A DNA stretch of 64,000 nucleotides from Pseudomonadota bacterium. Its GTDB lineage: Bacteria; Pseudomonadota; Alphaproteobacteria; Rhodobacterales; Rhodobacteraceae. Both the position numbers and the translations under genes were made by a program. The stretch covers positions 147-64,146 of the forward strand of contig JBCDED010000009.1 in NCBI GenBank assembly GCA_039179985.1, given 5' to 3'. The notes under the pieces are model-generated. The model saw nothing but the letters and a program-made list of their open reading frames with translations. It did no database searches and was not told the origin of the DNA. This document shows positions 36,686 through 46,166 of the stretch, piece by piece; the stretch's first letter is position 1, and each line of letters begins with the position of its first letter.

Positions 36686-37522
36686 TCATTCCGCGGCACC
36701 GCGACGGGCGCTTCGGCGCGCTTGCGTGATCTCGGCCAGAATGGACAAGGCGATCTCGTCGGGCGTGATGGCCGAAATGTCGAGCCCGGCGGGCGCCTTG
36801 ACCGAAGCGACCGCCTTTGCCGGAAAATCCGCCGCCAGCTTTTCAGCCAACGCGGCAAATTTCCGGCGGCTACCCACGAAAGAAACGTAGTCAGCGGGCC
36901 CTGTCAGTGCCGCGCTAAGGGCTGCAAGATCGCCTGCGCCCTGCGTCGCCACCACGATGAAACGTTCGCCGTTTGTCTCGGGCCAGTCAAAGCCTTCGGA
37001 CAGATGCTCGGCAGCCCCAGAGGTTGTCTCTGGCGCCAGCCCCTTTGCCGCCAGCCGCCGGCCAAAGCCAAATCCGGCCGCAAGTCGGGCCAGCGCCAGC
37101 GCCACAGGCCCCTGCCCGCAGATGATCAGTTCGGGTTTCGGCAGAACCGGTTCCACGAAGATATCCACCGATCCCTTGGACGGGCAGCCGTTCCGCGCAA
37201 ACCGCACACCGTCGCGCTCGGCCCCGGCCTCGATACCCTCTGCGGCCAACACCTCCTCGGGGCGCAGGGAAATGAAGGTAGGCGCACCGTCTGCAAGCGC
37301 GTCCACCGCTGCCTTGCCAACAGCACCTTTCACGCATCCGCCGCCCAGAAACCCCTCGGCCAGGGACCCGTCGGCAAGGATGATCGCCTTGTCGCCGGGT
37401 TTCGCCGCCGTGGACGACACAGTGCGCACGATGGTCGCCACCGCATAGGGCACCCTGGCTTCACGTAGCTCCGCAGCGCGGGCCTCGATCGTCGATTGGT
37501 CGGCGTGATAACTCACAGGCAC
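36686..37522 (-). CDS. coxF: XdhC-like accessory protein (positional coxF)
   Basis: ORF track gives 36686..37636. Likely GTG start at 37522 (GGAG 5 nt upstream) or GTG 37516 (GTGA overlap with the coxE stop). XdhC-type modules: VATIVRTVSSTAAKPGDKAII and ELIICGQGPVALALARLA. Confidence 0.75.
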   Translation of the reverse strand: MPVSYHADQSTIEARAAELREARVPYAVATIVRTVSSTAAKPGDKAIILADGSLAEGFLGGGCVKGAVGKAAVDALADGAPTFISLRPEEVLAAEGIEAGAERDGVRFARNGCPSKGSVDIFVEPVLPKPELIICGQGPVALALARLAAGFGFGRRLAAKGLAPETTSGAAEHLSEGFDWPETNGERFIVVATQGAGDLAALSAALTGPADYVSFVGSRRKFAALAEKLAADFPAKAVASVKAPAGLDISAITPDEIALSILAEITQARRSARRGAAE

Positions 37523-38697
37523 CCGAACTCCCCTTCCAGACCGGCGAGCGCCTCCAGCGTATTTGCGGCCGCGAATAGATCGATGTGGGGCAGGGCCGCC
37601 GCCATACCTCCGGCCACCGGCGCGTAATCGCGCCACCCCTTTAACGGGTTCAGCCAGACGATCCGGCAGCCGCGCCGTTTGATCGCCTCCACTGCCGTGC
37701 CCAGATATTCGGGCGGATCGGCGTCGTAGCCATCGGACAGGATAACGACCACCGTCCGACCGGTGACAAAGCGGCGCGCATAGGTGCGCGCGAACTGATC
37801 GAGCGCGCGGCCTGCTTTCGTACCGCCGCCAAACCCGTCTGCCAAAAGCGTCAGACGGTTTAGCGCGCGCAAGGGGTCCTCATCGCGCAGCGCTTCGGTG
37901 ATCCGCACAAGGCGCGTGTGAAAGAGATAGGCGTCCGCCGTCTGATCCGCGCGCAAGAGCCCCGCAAGAAAGGCGAGGAAGGGCCGGGCATAGGCGGTCA
38001 TCGACCCCGACACATCGCAGAGCGCCACGATCCGCATGTCGCGGTTCGGGCGCTGGCGTTTGGGCAAGGCCAGGGGCTCGCCCCCGGTCGCAAGGCTTTT
38101 GCGCACGATGCGCCGGAAATCGAGCGTCATCCCTTTTCGCGCGGCAATGCGGCGGCGCGAGCGGCGGTCGCGCAATGCGGCCCCAAGACGGCGCGCGATG
38201 CGTTCGGCCTCGCGGATGTCCTCCGGGCTGACCAGGTCGCGCAAATCTTTTTTCATGAGGTTGGCGGCTGTACTGGCGATCAGACGGCCCTCGCCGTCCG
38301 CCGCCGCATCACCCTCACCGTCGCCGTCAGGGCTGTGTCGGTCCCCGGCGCCACCTTCGGCCATGGCCCGCGCCTGACGGGTGGAGCGCATGTGCTGGCG
38401 GGGTGTGCTGTCGCTGGTAGGCACGATTTTTTGCCGTACGCGGCCCGCGTCGCGCCAATAGGCGTTAAAGAGCGCATCGAAATTCCCATAGTCATCCGCG
38501 CACCCTGTGCAGACGGCCTTCAAGGCGGCCCCGGCAGCATCCGGCGTTGGCGCTTCGAGGGCGCCGAGCGCCTCCAAAGCAAGCTCTGTCTCAGCCACAC
38601 CAAGTTTGAGACCGTTTTCGCGAAGATGCGCCATGAAGCCCGCAACCCGGGCCGCCGCGCCGGGATCGCGCGCGGCAAAGCGGGTGACGCGGCTCAT
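37513..38697 (-). CDS. coxE: VWA domain protein CoxE
   Basis: 394-aa ORF with a MIDAS-type motif ALCDVSGSM. Overlaps coxD by 4 nt. Confidence 0.88.
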   Translation of the reverse strand: MSRVTRFAARDPGAAARVAGFMAHLRENGLKLGVAETELALEALGALEAPTPDAAGAALKAVCTGCADDYGNFDALFNAYWRDAGRVRQKIVPTSDSTPRQHMRSTRQARAMAEGGAGDRHSPDGDGEGDAAADGEGRLIASTAANLMKKDLRDLVSPEDIREAERIARRLGAALRDRRSRRRIAARKGMTLDFRRIVRKSLATGGEPLALPKRQRPNRDMRIVALCDVSGSMTAYARPFLAFLAGLLRADQTADAYLFHTRLVRITEALRDEDPLRALNRLTLLADGFGGGTKAGRALDQFARTYARRFVTGRTVVVILSDGYDADPPEYLGTAVEAIKRRGCRIVWLNPLKGWRDYAPVAGGMAAALPHIDLFAAANTLEALAGLEGEFGCL

Positions 38698-39572
38698 GCT
38701 GCCCTCCCGGCAAGACGCTCGGTGATCTCGGTCGTCACATTGGCACGGTCGGTCGCCGTTTTCAGAAGCGTCGCCATGGTGGCCTGCAGGACCTCTGGAT
38801 CGTCGGTCAGGTCGTTCACCCCGAGCCCGGCCAGCGCCGCCGCGAAATCCAGTGTCTCGGCAATGCCCGGAACTTTCTCCAAAGGCTCTTTTCGAAGGCT
38901 CTGCACAAACCCCACGATCTGGCCCATCAGCCGCTCTTCCAGACCCGGGCAGCGGGCAGCCAGAATCCGCAGTTCGGTCTGCCGGTCCGGGTAATCGACA
39001 TAGGCGTAAAGACAGCGGCGCCGAAGCGCATCGGACAAATCCCGCGCGCCATTGGCGGTGAGGATCACGATGGGCCGGGATTTGGCCGAGAGCGTGCCAA
39101 GCTCGGGTACCGTGATCTGGAAGTCCGACAGCACCTCAAGAAGGTAGGCTTCGAATTCCTCATCTGCCCTATCAATCTCGTCAATCAGCAGGACCGGCGG
39201 CGTATCCTGGCGGATCGCCTGCAAGAGCGGGCGTTCGAGCAGATAGTCTTCCGAGAAGATGCGCCGCTCGACGGCCGCACCTGTTTCGCCACCCTCCGCC
39301 GCCGCGCGGATTGCCAAAAGCTGGCGCTGGTAGTTCCACTCGTAAATCGCGTGAGCCGCGTCGAGCCCCTCGTAGCACTGCAGACGTATGAGCCGTGTGT
39401 TACGCACGGCCGCAATGGTGCGCGCAACTTCGGTCTTGCCGACCCCCGCCGCGCCTTCCAGAAGGATCGGCCGCCCCAGCGTCAGCGCCAGATGCAGCGC
39501 CATGGCAAGGTCGGGCGAAGCCACATAGCCTTGGCCCGCCATGCCGTCTGCGAGGTCTTCCCAGTTGCTCAT
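38694..39572 (-). CDS. coxD: MoxR-class AAA+ ATPase CoxD
   Basis: Walker A EGAAGVGKTEVA and Walker B LLIDEIDRA. Directly downstream of coxL. Confidence 0.92.
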   Translation of the reverse strand: MSNWEDLADGMAGQGYVASPDLAMALHLALTLGRPILLEGAAGVGKTEVARTIAAVRNTRLIRLQCYEGLDAAHAIYEWNYQRQLLAIRAAAEGGETGAAVERRIFSEDYLLERPLLQAIRQDTPPVLLIDEIDRADEEFEAYLLEVLSDFQITVPELGTLSAKSRPIVILTANGARDLSDALRRRCLYAYVDYPDRQTELRILAARCPGLEERLMGQIVGFVQSLRKEPLEKVPGIAETLDFAAALAGLGVNDLTDDPEVLQATMATLLKTATDRANVTTEITERLAGRAA

Positions 39573-39605
39573 AGATGCAGGGCGGGTGTCCCCGCCCTCC
39601 CTGTT

Positions 39606-42026
39606 TTAGCCGTGAAGCCCGAGGTCCTTGGCGATCTTCCAGATGCGCCAATGGTCGTGGGGCATATGCGCTTGCCGCAGACCGAAGGTCCGGAAAGCGT
39701 CGTGCACTGCATTTGAGAAGGCCGGCACGCCGCCCACGTTCGGGCTTTCGCCGACGCCCTTCGCCCCGATGGGATGGTGCGGGCTCGGCGTTTCGGTGTG
39801 ATCGGTGGTGTAGTTCGGCGTCTCCCATGCCGTGGGCAGGAAGAAATCCATCAACGTTGCGGTCTTCAAGTTGCCAAGATCGTCATAGGCAATCTCCTGC
39901 CCCATTGCGATGGCCAGCGCCTCCGTCAGACCGCCGTGCACCTGCCCTTCGATCACCATCGGGTTGATGCGCGTTCCGCAGTCGTCGAGCGCGTAAAACT
40001 GGCGGATATCGCAGGTGCCGGTGTCCACATCCACGTCCATCACGCAGACATAGGCGCCGAAGGGATAGGTCATGTTGGGTGGGTCGTAGTAGCTGACCGC
40101 TTCGAGACCCGGTTCGACTCCCGGAATGGGCTGGTGGTAGGCGGCATAGGCGATATCCTTCATCGTCTTGAACCGTTCGGGCGCCCCCTTCACCACGAAG
40201 CGGTCGATGTCCCACTCCACGTCGTCGTCATGGACTTCCAGCAGGTAGGCCGCGATCATCTGCCCCTTGGCGCGGATCTTGCGGCCGGCCATCGCGGTGG
40301 CCGCACCGGCGACAGGGGTCGACCGCGACCCGTATGTCCCAAGGCCGTAGGGAGCGGTGTCCGTGTCGCCCTCCTCCACGGTGATGCTGTCGGCGGGAAG
40401 ACCGATTTCCGAGGCCAGGATCTGGGCAAATGTGGTGGCATGCCCCTGACCTTGGCTGATCGTACCCAGCCGCGCGATGGCCGACCCCGTGGGATGAATT
40501 CGGATCTCGCAGCTATCGAACATGCCCATCCCGAGGATGTCGCAGTTCTTCACGGGACCCGCGCCCACGATCTCGGTGAAATGCGTCAGGCCGATCCCCA
40601 TGAGCTTGCGGGTCTTGCCGGCCTTGAAATCTTCGAGACGTTGTGCCTGTTCGGCGCGCAGCCCGTCATAGTCGACGGCCTTCAGCGCCTTGTCCCAGGC
40701 GGTGTGGTAGTCGCCTGAGTCGTATTCCCAGCCCAGTGCGCTGGTATAGGGAAACTGCTCTTTCTTAATGAAGTTCTTGGCCCGTAGTTCGGCCGCGTCC
40801 ATGCCCAGTTCCATGGCCAGAACTTCGATCATCCGCTCGATGAAATAGGCCGCCTCGGTCACCCGAAAGGAACACCGGTATGCAACCCCGCCAGGCGCCT
40901 TGTTGGTGTAGACACCGTCGACGCCCACATAGGCCACGGGAATATCGTAAGAGCCTGTGCAGATATGGAAGAACCCGGCAGGGAACTTTGTCGGATCCGC
41001 GCAAGCGTCAAACGCGCCGTGATCGGCGGTGACATGGCAATGGAGCCCCGTAATCTTGCCGTCTTTCGTGGCGCTGATCCGGCCCTTCATCCAATAGTCG
41101 CGAGCAAAGGCGGTGGCCATCAGGTTGTCCATCCGGCCTTCGACCCATTTCACAGGCACGCCGGTCACAATGGTAGCAACGATGGCGCAGACATAGCCGG
41201 GGTAGACCCCCACTTTGTTGCCGAAGCCGCCGCCGATATCGGGGCTGACCACGCGGATATTGTGCTCTTCTATGCCGGACAGCAGCGAGGCCACAGTGCG
41301 AACCACATGCGGCGCCTGGAAGGTGCCGTAGACGGTGAGCTTGCCGTTGATCTTGTCCATCGAGGCCACGCATCCGCAGGTTTCCAGTGGGCAGGGATGT
41401 GTGCGGTGGTAGTAAACCATTTCCTCGGCCACGACTTCTGCCGCGCCGATGGCCTCGTTCGTGGCGGCCTCATCGCCCTCTTCCCAGAGGAAGATGTGGT
41501 TGTGGTGCTTGCGCGGGCCATGGGCGCCATCCGCACCGGGCTCCAGATCCTCGCGCAGGACAGCGGCATCCGGTTCGAGCGCCTTGAAGGGATCCGTGAT
41601 CACCGGCAGTTCTTCGTACTCGACCTCAACAAGCTCGATCGCATCGGCGGCAATGTAGCGGTCGTCTGCCACGACAAAGGCAACCTCTTGCCCCTGAAAC
41701 AGAACCTTGCCATCGGCCAGTACCATCTGCTTGTCGCCCGCGAGCGTCGGCATCCAATGCAGACTGAGCGGTTCGAGATCCTTGGCCAGCAGAACCGCGT
41801 GCACGCCCGGCAGTGCCATGGCCTTTTCGATGTTCACCGACTTCACGCGCGCATGGGCATAGGGAGAGCGCACAAAGTCGCCAAAGAGCATCCCCGGCAT
41901 CTTGATATCATCGACATAATTGCCTTTGCCCTGGGTAAAGCGGACGTCTTCCACGCGCTTCCGGGACGAGCCAAGACCTTTGAGGTTGGCTTTGCGTTCT
42001 TCGGGGGTCGGCGTCATGTCGTTCAT
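39606..42026 (-). CDS. coxL: Aerobic CO dehydrogenase large (molybdopterin) subunit, form I
   Basis: 806-aa ORF. The form I active-site signature VAYRCSFR is encoded at 40886..40863 (I checked the codons GTT GCA TAC CGG TGT TCC TTT CGG). ATGA overlap with the coxS stop. Confidence 0.95.
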   Translation of the reverse strand: MNDMTPTPEERKANLKGLGSSRKRVEDVRFTQGKGNYVDDIKMPGMLFGDFVRSPYAHARVKSVNIEKAMALPGVHAVLLAKDLEPLSLHWMPTLAGDKQMVLADGKVLFQGQEVAFVVADDRYIAADAIELVEVEYEELPVITDPFKALEPDAAVLREDLEPGADGAHGPRKHHNHIFLWEEGDEAATNEAIGAAEVVAEEMVYYHRTHPCPLETCGCVASMDKINGKLTVYGTFQAPHVVRTVASLLSGIEEHNIRVVSPDIGGGFGNKVGVYPGYVCAIVATIVTGVPVKWVEGRMDNLMATAFARDYWMKGRISATKDGKITGLHCHVTADHGAFDACADPTKFPAGFFHICTGSYDIPVAYVGVDGVYTNKAPGGVAYRCSFRVTEAAYFIERMIEVLAMELGMDAAELRAKNFIKKEQFPYTSALGWEYDSGDYHTAWDKALKAVDYDGLRAEQAQRLEDFKAGKTRKLMGIGLTHFTEIVGAGPVKNCDILGMGMFDSCEIRIHPTGSAIARLGTISQGQGHATTFAQILASEIGLPADSITVEEGDTDTAPYGLGTYGSRSTPVAGAATAMAGRKIRAKGQMIAAYLLEVHDDDVEWDIDRFVVKGAPERFKTMKDIAYAAYHQPIPGVEPGLEAVSYYDPPNMTYPFGAYVCVMDVDVDTGTCDIRQFYALDDCGTRINPMVIEGQVHGGLTEALAIAMGQEIAYDDLGNLKTATLMDFFLPTAWETPNYTTDHTETPSPHHPIGAKGVGESPNVGGVPAFSNAVHDAFRTFGLRQAHMPHDHWRIWKIAKDLGLHG

Positions 42027-42511
42027 TCTGCGGCCTCCTTCTGGGCATTCATGACGTCAGCCGCAGCCATGATCGATTTGACGATGTTCTGATATCCGGT
42101 GCAGCGGCACAGGTTGCCGGACATGCCAAAACGCACCTCTTCTTCCGTAGGCGTCGGGTTTTCCTGCAAAAAGCGGTAGGCCCGGGTGATCATACCCGGC
42201 GTGCAGTAGCCGCACTGCAGCCCGTGGTGTTCGCGGAACATTTCCTGCAACACATGCAAGCCGTCGGGTCCGGCCATGCCTTCGATGGTCGTCAGCTCTG
42301 CGCCGTCAGCCTGAGCGGCGAAGACAGTGCAGGCCTTCACCGATTTGCCGTCCATATCCACGGTGCAGGCACCGCAATGGGAGGTCTCGCAGCCGATGTG
42401 GGGGCCGGTGATGTTCAGCTTTTCGCGCAGAACATGGATCAAAAGCTCGCGGCCTTCGCATTCCACGTCGTGCTCGGCGCCGTTCACAGTCAGTTTGATG
42501 TTCATTGTCAT
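42023..42511 (-). CDS. coxS: CO dehydrogenase small [2Fe-2S] subunit
   Basis: [12 protein letters not shown] and CGYCTPG cluster motifs, plus CRCTGYQNI. Confidence 0.95.
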   Translation of the reverse strand: MTMNIKLTVNGAEHDVECEGRELLIHVLREKLNITGPHIGCETSHCGACTVDMDGKSVKACTVFAAQADGAELTTIEGMAGPDGLHVLQEMFREHHGLQCGYCTPGMITRAYRFLQENPTPTEEEVRFGMSGNLCRCTGYQNIVKSIMAAADVMNAQKEAAE

Positions 42512-42522
42512 GGGTCTCTTCC

Positions 42523-43377
42523 TCAGGCGCGCGACCAGGCGCGCTCGATGGCGCGGGTCAGCATGACGCCTGCAACGTGGCGTTTGAATTCGACGGGACC
42601 GCGGTTGTCCTCGGCGGGATCAATGTCAGCCACGGCAAGCGCAACGGCATTGGCGATATCCTCAGGCCCGCAAGACGTCCCGACCAGAGCTGCGCCGGCC
42701 GCATCTGAGAAGATCGGTGTGTCGGCCAGGTTGGTCATGGCAACCGAGGCCGATGCAACCGAGCCGCCATCTTTCGTGATCAGGACTGCGGAGGCCGCTG
42801 TGGCGTAGTCGCCGATCTTGCGTTTTTGCTTTTCATAGGCATAGCCGCCAGTGGTCGCATCAAAGGAGATCGCCGTAAGAATTTCCTCGTCTGCGCGCGC
42901 GGTCATATAGGCCGCTTCGTAGAATGCGCGCGCGGCAACTTCGCGGGATCCGTCCGGACCGGTGAGATGAAAACTCGCGTCAAGCGCCTGGCATAGCCCC
43001 GGCATGTCATTGCCCGGGTCGCCGTTGGCGACGTTGCCGCCAATGGTACCCACATAGCGCACTTGAGGGTCGGCAATCTGCAGTGCCGCCTCCCGCAGGA
43101 TAGGCGCCGCAGAGGCCAGCGCGTCGCTTTCGATGATCTCATGCTGGGTGGTCATGGCGCCTATGGTCACGCGGCCACCGCCGATGGAAATGCCCTTGAG
43201 GCTGTCGATGTCCTGCAGGTCGACCAGGTGCGCCACATCCGCCATGCGCAGTTTCATCATCGGGATCAGGCTGTGACCGCCCGCGATTACCCTTGCATCA
43301 TCACCGTATTCGGAAAGCACGCTGAGCGCTGCATCAACGCTCGCGGGCCGGTGGTAGTCAAAACCGCCGGGTATCAT
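42523..43377 (-). CDS. coxM: CO dehydrogenase medium (FAD-binding) subunit
   Basis: 284-aa ORF with [14 protein letters not shown] and a CO-dehydrogenase flavoprotein C-terminal domain. Confidence 0.93.
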   Translation of the reverse strand: MIPGGFDYHRPASVDAALSVLSEYGDDARVIAGGHSLIPMMKLRMADVAHLVDLQDIDSLKGISIGGGRVTIGAMTTQHEIIESDALASAAPILREAALQIADPQVRYVGTIGGNVANGDPGNDMPGLCQALDASFHLTGPDGSREVAARAFYEAAYMTARADEEILTAISFDATTGGYAYEKQKRKIGDYATAASAVLITKDGGSVASASVAMTNLADTPIFSDAAGAALVGTSCGPEDIANAVALAVADIDPAEDNRGPVEFKRHVAGVMLTRAIERAWSRA

Positions 43378-43488
43378 ATGGCTGGCTCCTCCCTAGATCG
43401 CTGGCCTATGTCCGCCAGGCGCGCGTGTCTCCGCGCGTCGGGCGTGATCGAAAAGGTATACGAATGCATGCCACGAGCCGGTCAAAAC

Positions 43489-43521
43489 GCATGAAATACG
43501 TGGGTCGCTGCACGAAATGCG
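43489..43521 (-). promoter_or_regulatory. Pair of 12-nt direct repeats (10/12 identical, 21-nt period) between coxC and coxM; candidate LytTR (CoxC) binding site
   Basis: Plus strand gcatgaaatacg (43489..43500) and gcacgaaatgcg (43510..43521). On the coding strand these read CGCATTTCGTGC and CGTATTTCATGC, followed by TTGACC-N19-TATACC. Confidence 0.4.
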
Positions 43522-43542
43522 AATGGCGCGCACCAGTTGCGA

Positions 43543-44655
43543 TCAGAGACCGAGCGCCTCGCGGACGGCCTGAAGCCGCCCCCGGCTGACAGGCACCTTA
43601 CCAAGCGCGGGCGTGTTCTCAAAAAGACAGACGCCATTGTCCTTCCGCCGCTCAAAGCCGGTGACGAAAGAAGGGTTGATCAGATAGCTGCGGTGCGTCT
43701 GGATGAAGGTGGTTTCCGGCAGGCGTTCCCGCGCGCGACTGATCGACCAGGTGCAAAAGTGCCTGTCGGTTGCCGTGTAGAGAAAGGTGTAGTGCCCCTC
43801 GGCCCGGATCGCCGCCACCTGCTCGGCCGGAACAAAGCCTGTCTGCCCGCTGCGTTCGTAGGGGATCAGAACGCTGTCGGGGGCTGGTGCAGCCTCGGGG
43901 GATTGCTCGGGCGCAGGCACTTCTTCCGCCTCTCCGGTATGTTCTGGCAGCTGCCCAAAAAACGTCGAGGCCGACAACAGAAAGGCCCCGCAAATCACGA
44001 AGCTGACAAGTGTCACGATCAGCGCCAGGCTATCGTTGTCTATCTGCGGTCCCGTTGCCCCGGCGCCGGGCATGGCGACAAACCCCGTACCCGACATGGC
44101 GATAAAATGGACGGCAAACACCGCCACCCCAAAGCAAAGCGTACCGAGCAGAATGTTGAGATGCCGGCGGCTGCCATAGGATAAATGGACGGCAGCTATG
44201 CCCAGAACCAGCGAGGCGGCCACAGCCTCGGCGATCCCCGTCAACGTGTAGACCGGCCTGCATAGCTCCATGCCGGACATGCCGATGTAATGCATCAGCG
44301 CAATCCCAAGGCCAAGTATGGCGCCCGCCAGGGTCAGGTTCAGCCGGTTGCGGGGCGCAAAGTGCAGGATCAACAGCGCCGTGCCCGCGACAAGGATCGC
44401 CACGAGCGCCGAAATCAGCGTGACTAGGGGGTCGTAGTAGAAAAAGATCGGTAGTCGCAGCCCGAGCATGGCCACAAAGTGCATGGCCCAGATGCCCCCG
44501 CCCAAAGCCACCGCCGCTGCCCCGACGACAACCTTGCGCCTCCCCGGAGCCATAGCTTGCGCGCCCTTGGTCAGAGACAACCCTGTAAACGCCGCCAAGA
44601 GCGACACAGCGAGCGAAAGAATAACAAGCCCGGGGTTGTGGGAAACCTCCAGCAT
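43543..44655 (-). CDS. coxC: MHYT-domain membrane sensor fused to a LytTR DNA-binding domain (CoxC-like)
   Basis: Three MHYT-type repeats (WAMHFVAML, ALMHYIGMS, FAVHFIAMS) within about 7 TM helices. C-terminal LytTR region IRAEGHYTFLYTATDRHFCTWSISRARERLPETTFIQTHRSYLIN. Confidence 0.88.
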   Translation of the reverse strand: MLEVSHNPGLVILSLAVSLLAAFTGLSLTKGAQAMAPGRRKVVVGAAAVALGGGIWAMHFVAMLGLRLPIFFYYDPLVTLISALVAILVAGTALLILHFAPRNRLNLTLAGAILGLGIALMHYIGMSGMELCRPVYTLTGIAEAVAASLVLGIAAVHLSYGSRRHLNILLGTLCFGVAVFAVHFIAMSGTGFVAMPGAGATGPQIDNDSLALIVTLVSFVICGAFLLSASTFFGQLPEHTGEAEEVPAPEQSPEAAPAPDSVLIPYERSGQTGFVPAEQVAAIRAEGHYTFLYTATDRHFCTWSISRARERLPETTFIQTHRSYLINPSFVTGFERRKDNGVCLFENTPALGKVPVSRGRLQAVREALGL

Positions 44656-44724
44656 CGCCGTGCGCGATCCTCCCAGTCGACGCCTTTATCCTGCCAACCT
44701 TCATGGCGGCAAGCCGCGAAGTTT

Positions 44725-45399
44725 TCAACCGATGGAGCGCGCTGCCGCCGTCTCGAACGGCGCCCGACCTTCCGCGACCGCACCGATCATCTCCTCAAGC
44801 ACCCGTATCTCGGTGTCCGAGACCCCGTGTGCCCGTCCCGGGAAGATATCGCTGCGTACACGGGCGCCTGCCGCAGAAAGCGCGACCTGCGTGCGCGCCG
44901 CGCTGTCGAGGGGAATCCATTCATCCACATCACCGCAGGACAGGTAGGCCGACAGGCCCAGAAGGGCAGCCGTTGGTACTGGCGCGCTTCCGTCGCCCAC
45001 CCGGCACCCGGTCAGGACCGCAAGTGCCTTAGCAACAAGCGCCTGCTGCAAGACCGCCTCAAGGGCCATGCAGGCACCCTGACTAAATCCCGCCACGATC
45101 AGCCCGCGGGCGGGGGCGCCGGCCTCAATCGCTTCCAAAGCGTCCGATCTGATCTGCGCGAGGGCGGCCGACACTTGGGCGGCGGTGAGGTCAGACAGAT
45201 CGTCGACCGCGCTGGCCTTGTACCAGGATTTGCCTTCGGCGCGCGGCAGAACGTAATGCACATCATCCACGCGCAACCTGCCGATGATTGTCTGGGTTAT
45301 GTCTTCGGGTATCTGACCGCGGCCATGCAGAAAGACGCATAGCACCCGAGCCTGAGCAGGCGCCACGCCCCAGTGAAGCGCAGCCGTTTCATCCGCCAT
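44725..45399 (-). CDS. Phospholipase/carboxylesterase family alpha/beta hydrolase (paralogue of 34424..35086)
   Basis: LHGRG, GFSQGACMALE, DEWIPL and FPGRAHGV, in the same order as the other copy. Confidence 0.85.
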   Translation of the reverse strand: MADETAALHWGVAPAQARVLCVFLHGRGQIPEDITQTIIGRLRVDDVHYVLPRAEGKSWYKASAVDDLSDLTAAQVSAALAQIRSDALEAIEAGAPARGLIVAGFSQGACMALEAVLQQALVAKALAVLTGCRVGDGSAPVPTAALLGLSAYLSCGDVDEWIPLDSAARTQVALSAAGARVRSDIFPGRAHGVSDTEIRVLEEMIGAVAEGRAPFETAAARSIG

Positions 45400-45508
45400 A
45401 TCGATTCAGCCCTAGAGCGCCCCCGTCACTCAACTTCGTGGTGAGTGCTGCGGGTTGTCCAGAGTCCCCCAGGGAGTTTTCCCGACTGTGGCATCCTTGC
45501 CCGGTCCT

Positions 45509-46147
45509 TTACCGCGCCAGCACGACCGCCTGATGAACATGCCTGCCGTCTTCTGCGGCACGCACGAGATAGTCCGCGACCTCGGCCCGCGAAATAAGTC
45601 CGTTCCGCCAATCCTTGGGGTCGGTCAGGGTGCGGTAGGCGCCCACCTTTTTTGCATTTGTCAGGATGACCGGGCGCACAAGCGTCCAGTCGAGATCCGA
45701 CGCCCGCACCAGCGCTTCTTGACGGTCCTTGTCCGCGTAGGGTTTTCCCAGAATGAACCCGTGGCCCGCGCGTTCCGGCCAGCTCATCGCCGCTTTGCTC
45801 TCGCCCGCGCCGAAGCCTGTCACGACCAAGAGCCGGTTCACCCCTGCGACGGCCATTGCTGGCAACAGAACCTCCGCGGATGCCGAGAAGAGGGTCTCGG
45901 TCTGCCATAGCATCGACAGACGCTCGCGAACGCCCAAGGTAACAATCACGGCGTCCATACCGGCAAGCGCGCGGGCGATGTCGTCGGGGTTCAGCGCGTC
46001 CCCGGCAAATGGGTCCAGGCGCTCGTCACTGATGCCGATCGAAGCCGCACTGCGAGAAAAAGCGCGAACGCTGTGGCCGCGCACCAGCGCCGCCTCGCAG
46101 GTCCGCAGACCTATGCCCTTTGTGGCGCCGATGACGAGGATATTCAC
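45509..46147 (-). CDS. NAD(P)H-binding atypical SDR (NmrA/BVR-like)
   Basis: ORF track gives 45509..46204. GTG at 46147 gives VNILVIGATKGIGL (Rossmann GxxGxxG). Confidence 0.8.
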   Translation of the reverse strand: MNILVIGATKGIGLRTCEAALVRGHSVRAFSRSAASIGISDERLDPFAGDALNPDDIARALAGMDAVIVTLGVRERLSMLWQTETLFSASAEVLLPAMAVAGVNRLLVVTGFGAGESKAAMSWPERAGHGFILGKPYADKDRQEALVRASDLDWTLVRPVILTNAKKVGAYRTLTDPKDWRNGLISRAEVADYLVRAAEDGRHVHQAVVLAR

Positions 46148-46166
46148 GGCGACACGCCCGCTTGGG

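Noticed and set aside
37513-39572. MoxR AAA+ ATPase plus VWA protein as a stand-alone chaperone or defence-type module
   Set aside because: Their position immediately after coxMSL and before XdhC-like genes is the canonical coxD-coxE maturation pair of form I CO dehydrogenase clusters.
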